Notes: generated by a model from the letters alone, not told the origin. A stretch of DNA of 64,000 nt from Alphaproteobacteria bacterium (GCA_963555825.3 CAUVXB020000002.1:2752001-2816000), one strand, 5' to 3'. Positions 36,833 through 48,173 are shown, counted from the first letter of the stretch. Numbers and translations are program-made.

Positions 36833-39412
36833 ATGACGCCAATTTCTTTCAAGCGACATCGTTTTTCGCCAGAGATCATCCAGCATGCGGTCTGGCTCTA
36901 TGCTCGGTTCACGCTGTCATTTCGCGATGTCGAGGACCTGCTGGCCGAGCGCGGTATCGATGTCTCGAACGAGACGGTGCGACGCTGGTTTCTGAAATTC
37001 GGGCGCCTGATCTCAGGCAATCTTCGCCGCAGCCGTCCACGTGCCAGTGCTCGTTGGCACCTTGACGAAAGTGCGCCACGAAGGCGCGAAGGAGGAGCCA
37101 TGAGTTAGGCAAGTCCTAAGCAGCCATGCTGCACAGGAGATGAGGGTATGGCCCCTCGAAGCCGGCTTGCAGGAGCAGGCTTCAAACCGCCTCAAGCTGC
37201 TAGCGAGTCGTAAAGAGCGTGGTGGTGAGCGTTGAGGAAAAGGTTGGACGAGATCCGGTCAGGTGAGGTCCAAGGAGACGAGCGCAAGCGAACCGCTGAT
37301 GACGTGTCGAAAAGTGCAAAGAAGTCGTCAAAACCGGGTGGGTTTCGTTAGCCCGGGAGAAGTCTGGGAGATAGCCTGCTTACTGCCCAGATGGCGTCCG
37401 GCATAAAGGCGGCGTGACCTTGGTTCAGGCTCTTGTGTGGAACGTGGGAACCTGTCGCCCCGATGCAAAGGGAGAAGTCCAAGTGGAAGCCCCACGAGAC
37501 GAGCGTACCGATGCGGGGCACAGGGACGGAGTTGCGCGTAGTAGTGAAGAAGGCTCTGTAATGGAGCTGGAGCGAAGGCGCGACACTGTTCAGCTTTATC
37601 GAGAGGTCAACCGCAATGCGGGAGGAACCTTTGGCTAAAGCAAAGCCGTTCGATATTCCCAAGCCTGCGGTTTGGGAGGCTTATCAACGGGTGAAGGCGA
37701 ACCGGTGCAGCCGGAGTCGATGACCAGTCGATCGAAGCCTTTGATCAGGATGTGAAGAACAACCTTTTCAAGCTATGGAACCGACTGTCATCGGGCAGCT
37801 ACTTTCCTCCGCCGGTAAAGCGGGTAGCGATCAAGAAGCGCAATGGCGGTTCGGGGCCGTTAGGAATCCCAACGGTCTCAGACCGCATTGCGCAAGGCGT
37901 GGTGAAGGCGTACCTGGAACCAGAATTGGAAAGGTATTTCCACTCGGATTCCTATGGGTATCGGCCTGGCAAGTCGGCACTAGAGGCCGTGGGCGTGGCG
38001 CGGCAGCGATGCTGGCGCTATGACTGGGTCCTCGATCTCGACATCCAGGCGTTTTTCGACACCATTCCGCACGATCTGCTGCTCCGGGCGGTGCGAAAGC
38101 ACACCGACTGCAAGTGGGTGCCGTTGTTACATCGAGCGGTGGCTGACGGCCCCCGTGCGGCTGGAGGACGGCACCCTGGAGCCTCGGGAGAAGGGGACCC
38201 CGCAGGGTTCAGTTGTTTCGCCCCTGCTGGCGAACCTCTTCTTGCACTACGCGTTCGATCGGTGGATGGCTCAGCACCATCCTGACATTCCGTTCGAACG
38301 CTTTGCCGACGATGCCGTTTGTCACTGCAGCAGCGAGCTTCAAGCTCGAAGGTTGCAGGCGGATCTCAAGCGACGGTTTGCTGAGTGTGGACTGACGTTA
38401 CACCCAAGCAAGACGCAGATCGTGTATTGCAAGGATAACGTCCGACGAGGGCACTACCCGATCCAGAAGTTCGACTTTCTCGGCTATACGTTCCGGCCGA
38501 GACTGTCGATGAACCGATGGGGCAAGACCTTCGTCAACTTCAGTCCGGGTATCAGCAATCAGGCCGCCAAAGCGATCCGTCAGACCATTCGAGAGTGGCA
38601 GCTCAGCTGTCGTATCGACAAACGTCTCGATGACCTAGCGCGGATGTTCAACCCGATCATTCGGGGTTGGATCACCTACTATGGCCGTTACCACAAATCG
38701 GCACTTTACCCAGCGTTAAGACACCTCGACCTCTGCCTGGCACGCTGGGCGATGTCGAAATATCGACGCTTGAAGCGGCACCGTTGACGCGCACGGCACT
38801 GGCTCCGAGAGATAAGTCTCCGGGATCCGGCGTTATTTGCGCATTGGCGATTGCTGCATCGGGCACCGGCTGGACAGTAGGAGCCGGATGAGTGGAGACG
38901 CTCACGTCCGGATCTGTGAGAGCCTGGGGGTGAAATTCCCCCGGGCCACTCGACTGGTCATCAGGATCCGCGGCCGAAGACATTGGCTGTGGCGGGCGGT
39001 CGACGACGAAGGTGAAGTTCTCGACTTCCTGGTCCAGCCACGACGCTGCGCCCGATCGGCGCAGAGGTTGCTGCGGAAGCTGCTGAAGAAGCAGGGCTTT
39101 GCGCCGAAGCGCATTACCACGGACAAGCTCAAATCCTACGCTGTTGCGATCCGCAAAGAGCGACTTACCGCTATTCACGATCAGGGATTGCGGGCGAACA
39201 ATCGAGCCGAGAATTCACACCAGCCGGTACGTCGACGCGAACGAAAACAACAGCGGTTCAATTCACCGGGATACGCCCAACGGTTCCTTTCAATCCACGC
39301 CGCCGTCTACAACGCTTTCTACGTCCGGCGCCATCTTTTACCCCGCCGCATTTTCAAGGCGTTTCGAGCCGAGACGTTCGCTGTCTGGAATCAAGGCTGG
39401 TGTGCTGCCTGA
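36833..39412 (+). CDS. IS6-family transposase split by a group II intron (exons 36833-37070 and 38955-39412; 231 aa joined)
   Basis: ..RWHLDE A|TG VIRIRGRRHWLWRAVD..; right IR ends at 39463; left IR missing. Confidence 0.88.
37071..38954 (+). ncRNA. Group II intron (RmInt1/class D-like)
   Basis: 5' GTGCG; domain V GAGCCGGATGAGTGGAGACGCTCACGTCCGGATC; domain VI ending ..CGAC; EBS1/EBS2 pair with the 5' exon. Confidence 0.93.
37631..38880 (+). pseudogene. ltrA: Intron-encoded reverse transcriptase/maturase, inactivated
   Basis: KPFDI, LGIPTVSDRIAQ, LDIQAFFD, GTPQG, FADD, FDFLG; frameshifts near 37705 and 38125, TGA at 38785; no endonuclease domain. Confidence 0.9.
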
Positions 39413-39535
39413 TCCAGATCACGATCCAATTGTGCTGAACGCGGCAGTTAACGTGTCAATGCCAGCCAGTTACAATGCGAGCGGTTCCGAGTCACGATCA
39501 ACTCGCCGATAAGGTGTCCAAATGGGAAATCTCGG

Positions 39536-39763
39536 CTTTACAAAGCCGAGGTCATTCACCGGCGCGGGCCGTGGCGCTCGTTCGAGGCCGTCGAGATCGC
39601 TACTCTGGAATGGGTGGATTGGTTCAACAACCGGCGGCTCCTGGAGCCCATCGGAAACATCCCGCCGGCCGAAGCCGAGGAACGCCACTACGCCATGCTG
39701 GAGCAGTCAGACATGGCGGCGTGACTCAAACAAAATGGCCTCCGCCAAACCCGGCGCGGTTCA
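39536..39763 (+). pseudogene. IS3-family 3' remnant with right IR
   Basis: LYKAEVIHRRGPW..LEWVDWFNNRRL..PPAEAE; ends GGTTCA. Confidence 0.85.
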
Positions 39764-39790
39764 GACAACTGAAACGGAAAGACGACCAAT

Positions 39791-40591
39791 ATGGAAGAGA
39801 TTTCCCGGCCCGGCTTTAGGTACTTCTTCGCATGGCGCCGTGCGGTTCTTGCGCTGTTGATTTCTCCGGTTCTCGCTAGCGCCGGTCCCGCAAACGCCGG
39901 GAGCGCTGATGCCGCCTTCGATTGGGCGGAAACCTACGCGGGCGTCTTTGCCGGTTCCGGCCGGGCAGACAACCGGATCGTCGATGCGGAGGGCTTTGCG
40001 AACTGGGGCAATCCCGGCTGGGCAGTCGATTACGGCGATGCCGGGTTCATCGGTGGCGCGCTGGTCGGAAAGAAGTTCGAGGTCGGCAACGTGCCGCTCA
40101 GGATCGAGCTTGACGGCACGTTCGGCAGCTTGTCGGCGACATCGAACAGGCTCGATCCGGAGGGCCTGGACGAGACGGTGAAGTCGGAGTTCAGGTGGAT
40201 TGCAACGGCGCGCGCCGGGATCGAGCAGGCCGTCGGCCCGGCGACCGTATTCGCCTCCGGCGGGCTGGCAGCCGCGCGGATCGTCAATTCGGTGACCGAC
40301 ATCGATTTTGGCCCGGACATGCCGTCGCGGATAGACCCCGACGATTCCTTTCGCGACAGCTCGACGGAATTCGGTTGGGTGATCGGTCTCGGTGTCGAAA
40401 CCCTGCTGGCCGATGCCTGGGCACTGCGGCTCGAGGGCTCGTACCTGGATTTCGGGTGGAGTACCCATTACGTGAACCGCTCCGGCGATGGCCGTTGCGG
40501 GCCCGGAAATCCTCGCAGACCGTGCCCATACAATGTCGAGAACAAGCTTGGCATCGTGCGCCTGGCAATCATCTACCATTTCGGCCTGTAG
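39791..40591 (+). CDS. Outer-membrane beta-barrel protein (Omp25/RopB-like)
   Basis: Signal peptide; WAETYAG, TARAG, GWVIGLGVE, YLDFG, terminal YHF. Confidence 0.85.
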   Translation: MEEISRPGFRYFFAWRRAVLALLISPVLASAGPANAGSADAAFDWAETYAGVFAGSGRADNRIVDAEGFANWGNPGWAVDYGDAGFIGGALVGKKFEVGNVPLRIELDGTFGSLSATSNRLDPEGLDETVKSEFRWIATARAGIEQAVGPATVFASGGLAAARIVNSVTDIDFGPDMPSRIDPDDSFRDSSTEFGWVIGLGVETLLADAWALRLEGSYLDFGWSTHYVNRSGDGRCGPGNPRRPCPYNVENKLGIVRLAIIYHFGL

Positions 40592-41088
40592 CGGACACCC
40601 GGCGAGCCGCTTTGAGAAACCCGCAAGTCAAGAACCCACAGTATGCGCGCGGCGGCATCCCACCACCTGACGACGGGCGCGCAGCCGACTCTGCGACGCA
40701 ATCGAGAGCCGAGGCAGCCGCGCCGGAATCCGCGCTCAAGTAACAAAGGTTGATCAAAGCGGTAGGGGCCAAGCGCTTTAGGATCGCCGCTCGTGACTCC
40801 ACTGCATGGATGTCCTTCGAGAAGAAGGGCGTCGATTTCATCACCATGCCCACCCTTCCGCTCGGTCCCGCCAGCTCAGTTGCGGTTGCGAGAAAAGCCT
40901 GATCGGGACTCCGGCGGGGGCGTAACGTTTCACCCCCGTCACCGCGCCGCCTCTGTTTGCTATGCAGCTTGCTAACGAACGTCCGAGGCGGATTCCCACA
41001 TTACGTACGTGCATTAGCGCCATGTTCCGGGGAAATTCCGCGCCGGGGAGCTGATCTTCGTATTGAATGCTTGTCTTGATATTGAGCT

Positions 41089-41628
41089 TCATGTGTCAGG
41101 CTGGAAATAGGCATCCGGCACGACAATGCGTCGCCGTGACCCGTAGCGCAAACACATGGTCACGGTTGTATCCCGACGCGGGGGGCGATCGCACCGCCAT
41201 TGGCTCGGCTCCGTCGTGCCGCGTACAGCCGCGATACCCTTAAGCAACGCCTGTGCGCCGGCGACCTGCGCGCCCATCGCATGAACACGTGAGCGCAGCC
41301 CCGCGTCGGAGGTGCGATACCCTTAAGACCAGCGCTGTCGTGCGATCTGGAAGTGCACCCACCAGCTCCACGATGCGGTCGTCCGCGCTATCCCGGCCGC
41401 CGTGACCGGCGTGAACCACGGTAAGGCACTCCCGCGACGGTGCCGTGTCTCGCGGCCCCGGCCCATCGAACACGATCGTCCATACACCCCCCGGCTGCGT
41501 GCCAGCAGGGCGATCTCGGCGGCGATCCGTCGCGCGGCGCCGCCGCGGTCGCGCCACCAACCATCCGCACGCGACCCCATCACATTATTGCCATCCACGA
41601 ACACCCGGGGCTGCATCGCTTGGTTCAT
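41089..41628 (-). pseudogene. NYN/YacP-like PIN-fold nuclease, two frameshifts
   Basis: VDGNNV, VFDG, SADDRI, TSD..L spread over three frames. Confidence 0.7.
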
Positions 41629-41665
41629 GTTGTCTTGCCGTTGCCCTCGTGCTGGCTGATATCAG

Positions 41666-42352
41666 CTAATACGGCACACCGACGGCCTGCGACAGGAACC
41701 CAACGAATGCCGAGCCCTTGCGCGCGATTGCGGTGAAGCGGTTTAGGAAATCGGGCCGGCTTGCATCGGCCTCCGAAAAGCTGGTGATTGCGACATAATC
41801 CTTGCGTTTGAGATCTTCCATCAACGGATGCTCAGGGTCGTAACCACGGGGTGGGCGCTTGAGAGACTCACCCATCAACTCGAAGGTTTCACGGAAAGCT
41901 TTGGCGGTTGTGATGCGCCTCCACTCGTCTGGCCGGTCGATGATCGCGCTGCGTATTCTACCAAGCGTATGGTTGTCTGGGTGCCAGATTCCGCAACCGG
42001 CAAAACAAGTTCCAGGCTCAAGGTGGAGATAGAAGCCCGGCGCATGGGCATCCTTGCCGGCAGCATGGCGGAAATGAGCGCCCACATTGGTCTTGTAGGG
42101 CGTCTTGTCCTTGGAGAATCGGGTATCGCGATAAATCCGGAACAGCGAACCGCCGTTGGCCCGCGGATCGGCAAGAAAATGCGGGCTTATCTTCTTCAGC
42201 GGCTGCGCAAAAGCCACGATGAAATCAAGCACGGGATCACGCACCTCGGTCCTGTAACGTTCCTTGTTCGCCTCGAACCATTGCCGCTCATTGCTGGCCT
42301 TGAGGTCGCGCAGAAACTCGAAGAGCGCAGGCGTTATCGGGTGTGACGTCAT
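41666..42352 (-). CDS. DUF2461-family protein
   Basis: NERQWFEANK, FRIYRDTRFSKDKTPYK, GFYLH, LKRPPRGY. Confidence 0.9.
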   Translation of the reverse strand: MTSHPITPALFEFLRDLKASNERQWFEANKERYRTEVRDPVLDFIVAFAQPLKKISPHFLADPRANGGSLFRIYRDTRFSKDKTPYKTNVGAHFRHAAGKDAHAPGFYLHLEPGTCFAGCGIWHPDNHTLGRIRSAIIDRPDEWRRITTAKAFRETFELMGESLKRPPRGYDPEHPLMEDLKRKDYVAITSFSEADASRPDFLNRFTAIARKGSAFVGFLSQAVGVPY

Positions 42353-42544
42353 CCTCTCGAAACCAGCGCGATTCGATCCGGAGCCATGGGGGTGACGGCA
42401 CTCCCCGCAGGCCCTGATCCACCTTTGCGGCACGCCATCGCCAATCCGATCTCACGCAGGTTCGCACCGCTGGTGCGCAAACCGGTCACGGCGCCTCCGG
42501 CCCGGGCATAGCTGCCGTCCCTTCTTGGCGAGGCGGGTCCAACT

Positions 42545-42862
42545 CTATTCTTGAAGACGGGGCGAATGCTTCTTTTGCCTTTCATTCTTGTATACGATGA
42601 AGCCCGATGCGCCCTTGCCTTTGGCGCGGCGCAGTGTGTAACCATGATTGCCGAGATTGAACCTCGGGTCATTCTCAAAGCCTGCGAGAGTCTCGACGAT
42701 CTTCATCGCCACAGGATCGGGTTTTTCTTTGGCTTGTGAGGTTGCCTCGCGCTCCAGCCACTTTGCGAAGACTTCTTCGGCGAGCTCGTCACCGACAGAT
42801 TTCCGAAGCGTGTTCAATTTTCTCACCAAACCTTTGGTGAGCCCGGTTTCATCGATAGCCAT
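42545..42862 (-). CDS. Hypothetical protein (105 aa)
   Basis: GAGG-containing leader; plausible globular sequence. Confidence 0.7.
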   Translation of the reverse strand: MAIDETGLTKGLVRKLNTLRKSVGDELAEEVFAKWLEREATSQAKEKPDPVAMKIVETLAGFENDPRFNLGNHGYTLRRAKGKGASGFIVYKNERQKKHSPRLQE

Positions 42863-42935
42863 TTCCTATACCTCTCGTTTCCAGACGCCCGCGGCACCAT
42901 ATATTGCCGTAAACGTCTACCCACTGCCGCGCCAG

Positions 42936-44183
42936 TCAATCGGCGGAGTTAATTCCATCGTGATGGAACAGTGCCGCCCGCACCGTATCCTGGAACAATT
43001 CTCGCCCAGGACTGCAGGGCTCTTGCCCCAGTCTGGCCAGCTCCCGGCGCGCCCATCCTGTCGCGCCAATCCGCTGCGCAGCCGTAAACAGGTATGCAAC
43101 AGCCCCTTCAGCATCCGACAGGGGCGGATTGTAACCACCGCCTCCCAGCAGTTGCCCGATCGCCATCAATGCGACCGAGGCAGCGAACCGAGGCTCAGCT
43201 TCGCCGAAATCTCGAGCTGCGCGAACCAACGTCGAGGGGTCCCCTCCGTGGGTTCCAGCGCATTCGAGGGCGATATCGAGAAACCCCTCATCCTTTGCTG
43301 CTGCGAACCATTTGCCCTTGTCACCGCGGATCTCAATCAGATCGAGAAGTATTTGACGGCGGTCGAGATCGGGATATTGGCGTACTAGCGCACGGTAGAT
43401 GGCGAGATTGGTCGTCCCGCGCGTAGCCCGCAATCCATACTTTCGATAGGCCTCATCGGTGCGGCCATGCTGGATCAGAAGATCTTCACAAAAAAGGTCT
43501 ATGGAATTGTCCTCGAAACGGGAATTCGAGGTGTCGCGCACGCCTTCAGCAAATGCGATAGCGCCTTCCCACAGACCTTGGCGGACCAACGCCTCTGCTC
43601 CGAACCGGTGCCAGGACCAGAACTTTGTCCGTCGTGTCGCGAGCAACTCCTGAAGCTCATCGTAGCGGCCAGCTTCAAGCAGGCATGACAAGCAAATCGA
43701 AGTTCCTGTCACATACTGAAAGCTTTGATGATCGGACCAGGCGCGGCGCACCATCTCGATGAGGCGATCCGCATATTTATTGATCAAATCTGGATAGTGG
43801 GCGATCTCGCCCCAGCGCTCTTCGGCCGGTCTCAGATACTCGACGCCATCGTTCTGGACCGCCTCGAACAAACGTTCGAGCCACTTGCTTCTGGTCGCAT
43901 GATCGGCCGGCGCGTCGGCCAGGATCGGAATTAGCTCGCTCAAGGTCCGGGCAACCGCCGTTCCCAAGGCACCAGACGAGGTGTCGATGTCCTGGAAGGC
44001 AGGCCAGATACGCTCCATCAGCCACACCGACCCGTCTCCCGCGGCGACTGGGTCGGATTTCGCCGCCGACCTGATCTCGGAGGCTGCTTCCTTGAGTCGG
44101 CTGATCGCAAGTTTTGACCCGCGCCAGCCAAAGGCCCTGGCCCGAAGGTTCTTCTTGAACAGCCACTTTCGACTCGCCGCCAT
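42936..44183 (-). CDS. Hypothetical alpha-helical protein
   Basis: GGAGG RBS; AFGWRGS, IDTSSGALG, GKWFAAAK. Confidence 0.75.
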   Translation of the reverse strand: MAASRKWLFKKNLRARAFGWRGSKLAISRLKEAASEIRSAAKSDPVAAGDGSVWLMERIWPAFQDIDTSSGALGTAVARTLSELIPILADAPADHATRSKWLERLFEAVQNDGVEYLRPAEERWGEIAHYPDLINKYADRLIEMVRRAWSDHQSFQYVTGTSICLSCLLEAGRYDELQELLATRRTKFWSWHRFGAEALVRQGLWEGAIAFAEGVRDTSNSRFEDNSIDLFCEDLLIQHGRTDEAYRKYGLRATRGTTNLAIYRALVRQYPDLDRRQILLDLIEIRGDKGKWFAAAKDEGFLDIALECAGTHGGDPSTLVRAARDFGEAEPRFAASVALMAIGQLLGGGGYNPPLSDAEGAVAYLFTAAQRIGATGWARRELARLGQEPCSPGRELFQDTVRAALFHHDGINSAD

Positions 44184-44369
44184 CACCTCCATCCTTGTAG
44201 AACATAAGAACACCAAACAAGGGCAGGAAAATCTCGCTTCCTACCATCGTCTGGCGCTTTGCGTACAAAAGTGCCATCCAACCCATCAGGCCTAGACTTC
44301 AGGAGTACCGGTTCACATCATGTTGGATCCGGGTACTACAGCAACAGATGTCCAAATTGTCTTAACCGC

Positions 44370-45299
44370 TTATGCACTTTGTTCCGGCGCAACCAACATG
44401 TTGTAGGTGACAGGTTTGGCGCGGATGGCGATGGCGAACAGGGAGCGGAAGGTGGCGTGCCGCGTTCTGCGTCGGTTGAAGCGGAAGACGAACTCGTCGA
44501 GATAGGTTTGCAGGTATTTCCTGCGCAGCCCGTGATAGACCCCACGGGCCCAGCCCTTGAGGTTGGAGAACATCTGATGGATCCAGGGCAAGACAAGATG
44601 TGCGGCCATGGCGCCGATGACGTGGGGATCGTGCTGGTTGACGGGGACGCCGGCATATCCGGCCCATCCATCGGTCTTGGCGGTGCTGGCCGGGGCGATG
44701 TTACGGGCGATGAAGGCGTTGAGACTGCCGGCACCGTAGTCGGTGAGAGCGGCCAGGCGCAATCGGCCCGGCTTGTTGCCGTCGCCCACCTCGATGCCAC
44801 CGACCACGAGCAACTTGCCGTCATGGCTTCGCCCGGGGCCGCCGCCGGCGGGGTCGTTCTTGGTCCGGAAAGGCAGGGAGGTTTCGTCGATCTCGACCAG
44901 CCCCGACAACGGATTGCGGTCTGGATCGACCATCGCCCGGCGCAGTTTGGCGGCCAGCATCCAGGCCGTGCGATAGGACCCGAGAGCGAGCTGCTTCTGC
45001 AGCTGAAGGGCGGAGATGCCGTTCGAATGGGTCGCCATAAGATAGGCCGCCCAGAACCAGACCGTCAGATCGAGCTTGCTGCCGTGGAGGATCGTCCCCG
45101 CGGTCACCGAGGTCTGGCGATGGCAGCTGGTGCATTCGAAGGTGTGCGCCTTGGCTCGAAGCGCCCAGCCATGATCGTGTCCGCAACCCGGGCATTGGAA
45201 GCCCTCGGGCCAGCGCATCGAGAATAGCCAGGCGGCACAAGCAGCCTCGTCGGGAAACATTCGTTGGAAGCTGATCAGGCTCTTGGGAAAGCGCTCCAT
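44370..45299 (-). CDS. IS1595-family transposase
   Basis: RWPEGFQCPGC..ECTSC, VEIDET, TDGW, YLDEFVFRFNRR. Confidence 0.95.
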   Translation of the reverse strand: MERFPKSLISFQRMFPDEAACAAWLFSMRWPEGFQCPGCGHDHGWALRAKAHTFECTSCHRQTSVTAGTILHGSKLDLTVWFWAAYLMATHSNGISALQLQKQLALGSYRTAWMLAAKLRRAMVDPDRNPLSGLVEIDETSLPFRTKNDPAGGGPGRSHDGKLLVVGGIEVGDGNKPGRLRLAALTDYGAGSLNAFIARNIAPASTAKTDGWAGYAGVPVNQHDPHVIGAMAAHLVLPWIHQMFSNLKGWARGVYHGLRRKYLQTYLDEFVFRFNRRRTRHATFRSLFAIAIRAKPVTYNMLVAPEQSA

Positions 45300-45317
45300 G
45301 GGGCGTGCTCCTGTCTA

Positions 45318-46496
45318 GTGTCCTGATCGATAAATTGATATGATTATGTCTCTATTTGTTTTTAGGAGGCGCGATTGATGGCGAGAGTGGCGGTGACGAT
45401 CTCTTTGAGCGATGACGAGCGCGCCGAATTGGAGGCGCTGTCTCGTCGTCGCAAGACGTCGCAGGGGCTTGCGCGGCGGGCTCGGATCGTCTTGGCGGCG
45501 GCGGAAGGGTTGGAGAACAAGGAGATCGCCGTTCGTCTCGAGGCGAGCGCGGACACCGTGGGCAAGTGGCGTCGCCGCTATGCGGCGGAGGGCCTCGACG
45601 GTCTGTACGACGAACCCCGCCCCGGCGCGCCGCGTCAAATCGGCGATGACGCCATCGCGGAAGCGGTCCGGCTGACGCTGGAAGAGACGCCGCCGGACGC
45701 GACCCATTGGAGCCTTCGCTCGATGGCGCGGGCGAGCGGCCACGCGCCCTCGACCATTCATCGCATCTGGCGGGCCTTCGGCTTGCAGCCGCATCGCTCG
45801 GAGACCTTCAAGCTGTCGAGCGATCCCTTCTTCGTGGAGAAGGTCCGCGACATCGTCGGTCTGTATTTGGCGCCGCCGGATCGTGCCCTGGTTCTCTGTG
45901 TCGACGAAAAGAGCCAGATCCAGGCCCTGGACCGTTCCCAGCCCCTCTTGCCGATGCGCCCCGGGCAGGCGGAGCGGCGCAGCCACGACTACAAGCGCCA
46001 CGGCACGACCTCTCTCTTCGCGGCCCTCGACATCGCCACGGGAGAGATCATCGGCAAATGTTTCCCGCGCCATCGGGCCCGAGAGTTCCGCAAATTCCTC
46101 GACCTCGTCGAGGCGAACGTCCCTGCTGATCTCGACATCCACATCGTCATGGACAACTACGGGACCCACAAGACCAAGGCGATCCGCGACTGGTTCGCCA
46201 AACGGCCGCGCTGGCAGGCCCATTTCACACCCACCAGCGCCTCCTGGCTGAACCAGGTCGAGCGCTGGTTCGGGCTGCTGACCGACAAGCAGATCAGGCG
46301 CGGCGTCCATCGCTCCACCAAGGAGTTGGAGCGCACCATCCTCGACTACATCGACACGACAAACCAGAACCCCAAACCCTTCAAATGGACCAAATCCGCC
46401 GATGACATCCTCGGCGCCATCCAGCGCTTCTGCCTCCGAACAATCGAAATCGCTGAACAGCAGGCGAAAATCATGCGAACTTCGGAATCGGGACAC
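45318..46496 (+). mobile_element. IS630-family element, copy 1
   Basis: TA|GTGTCC...GGACAC|TA. Confidence 0.92.
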
Positions 46497-46499
46497 TAG
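45378..46499 (+). CDS. IS630-family transposase
   Basis: [26 protein letters not shown]; stop codon uses the target TA. Confidence 0.95.
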   Translation: MARVAVTISLSDDERAELEALSRRRKTSQGLARRARIVLAAAEGLENKEIAVRLEASADTVGKWRRRYAAEGLDGLYDEPRPGAPRQIGDDAIAEAVRLTLEETPPDATHWSLRSMARASGHAPSTIHRIWRAFGLQPHRSETFKLSSDPFFVEKVRDIVGLYLAPPDRALVLCVDEKSQIQALDRSQPLLPMRPGQAERRSHDYKRHGTTSLFAALDIATGEIIGKCFPRHRAREFRKFLDLVEANVPADLDIHIVMDNYGTHKTKAIRDWFAKRPRWQAHFTPTSASWLNQVERWFGLLTDKQIRRGVHRSTKELERTILDYIDTTNQNPKPFKWTKSADDILGAIQRFCLRTIEIAEQQAKIMRTSESGH

Positions 46500-47682
46500 T
46501 GTCCTGATCGATAAATTGATATGATTATGTCTCTATTTGTTTTTAGGAGGCGCGATTGATGGCGAGAGTGGCGGTGACGATCTCTTTGAGCGATGACGAG
46601 CGCGCCGAATTGGAGGCGCTGTCTCGTCGTCGCAAGACGTCGCAGGGGCTTGCGCGGCGGGCTCGGATCGTCTTGGCGGCGGCGGAAGGGTTGGAGAACA
46701 AGGAGATCGCCGTTCGTCTCGAGGCGAGCGCGGACACCGTGGGCAAGTGGCGTCGCCGCTATGCGGCGGAGGGCCTCGACGGTCTGTACGACGAACCCCG
46801 CCCCGGCGCGCCGCGTCAAATCGGCGATGACGCCATCGCGGAAGCGGTCCGGCTGACGCTGGAAGAGACGCCGCCGGACGCGACCCATTGGAGCCTTCGC
46901 TCGATGGCGCGGGCGAGCGGCCACGCGCCCTCGACCATTCATCGCATCTGGCGGGCCTTCGGCTTGCAGCCGCATCGCTCGGAGACCTTCAAGCTGTCGA
47001 GCGATCCCTTCTTCGTGGAGAAGGTCCGCGACATCGTCGGTCTGTATTTGGCGCCGCCGGATCGTGCCCTGGTTCTCTGTGTCGACGAAAAGAGCCAGAT
47101 CCAGGCCCTGGACCGTTCCCAGCCCCTCTTGCCGATGCGCCCCGGGCAGGCGGAGCGGCGCAGCCACGACTACAAGCGCCACGGCACGACCTCTCTCTTC
47201 GCGGCCCTCGGAGAGACATCGCCACGGGAGAGATCATCGGCAAATGTTTCCCGCGCCATCGGGCCCGAGAGTTCCGCAAATTCCTCGACCTCGTCGAGGC
47301 GAACGTCCCTGCTGATCTCGACATCCACATCGTCATGGACAACTACGGGACCCACAAGACCAAGGCGATCCGCGACTGGTTCGCCAAACGGCCGCGCTGG
47401 CAGGCCCATTTCACACCCACCAGCGCCTCCTGGCTGAACCAGGTCGAGCGCTGGTTCGGGCTGCTGACCGACAAGCAGATCAGGCGCGGCGTCCATCGCT
47501 CCACCAAGGAGTTGGAGCGCACCATCCTCGACTACATCGACACGACAAACCAGAACCCCAAACCCTTCAAATGGACCAAATCCGCCGATGACATCCTCGG
47601 CGCCATCCAGCGCTTCTGCCTCCGAACAATCGAAATCGCTGAACAGCAGGCGAAAATCATGCGAACTTCGGAATCGGGACAC
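46499..47682 (+). mobile_element. IS630 copy 2, transposase frameshifted by a 5-bp insertion (47211-47215)
   Basis: Matches copy 1 by eye except for inserted GAGAG. Confidence 0.9.
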
Positions 47683-47762
47683 TAGAATAAAACAAGAATA
47701 TCCTACTCCGTCAACCCTTCCAACGCAACATCTGGGGTGACCGGATCGTCATGCACAAGCGG

Positions 47763-48173
47763 TAGGCGCGTTATGAGACATCCAATAAACGCGCCTTCCT
47801 CGATCGAGAGCACCTGGTAGGTGATGTCGCCGTTCATGACCGCGGTCGCGGCGATCGACACCGAGGCGGCGGTCACCTGGCCCGACAGCTTGCCGCAGAT
47901 GCGCACCTTCTCGGCGGTGATCGAGCCCTCGACATGGGCGCCCTCGCCGACGGTCAGCGAGCGGCTGTTGATGTCGCCCACCACGGTGCCGTCGACCTGG
48001 ATGTCGCCGGCGCTTTCGAGATTGCCGACGACCTTGAGGTCGGCGCTGATCGCCGAGGCCTCGCCGCTCGCCTTGCCGGCGCCGCGCGCGGACGTGTCCT
48101 TGTCGGACTTGCCGAAGCCCCGCGCGGGCTGCGCCGGGCCGCTCTCTGCCTCTTTCTCGCTTTTGCCAAACAT
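47763..48173 (-). pseudogene. Bactofilin (polymer-forming cytoskeletal protein), 3' end clipped
   Basis: ISADLKVVGNL..IQVDG..LTVGEGA..GDITY..LSIEEGAF. Confidence 0.8.

Larger units (their letters stand above)
44366..47762 (-). mobile_element. IS1595-family element carrying a tandem IS630 pair
   Basis: IRs CCGCTTATGCA..TCCGG / CCGCTTGTGCA..TCCGG. Confidence 0.75.

Noticed and set aside
40592-41090. Short ORFs or an ncRNA downstream of the OMP gene
   Set aside because: No motif, repeat or convincing structure
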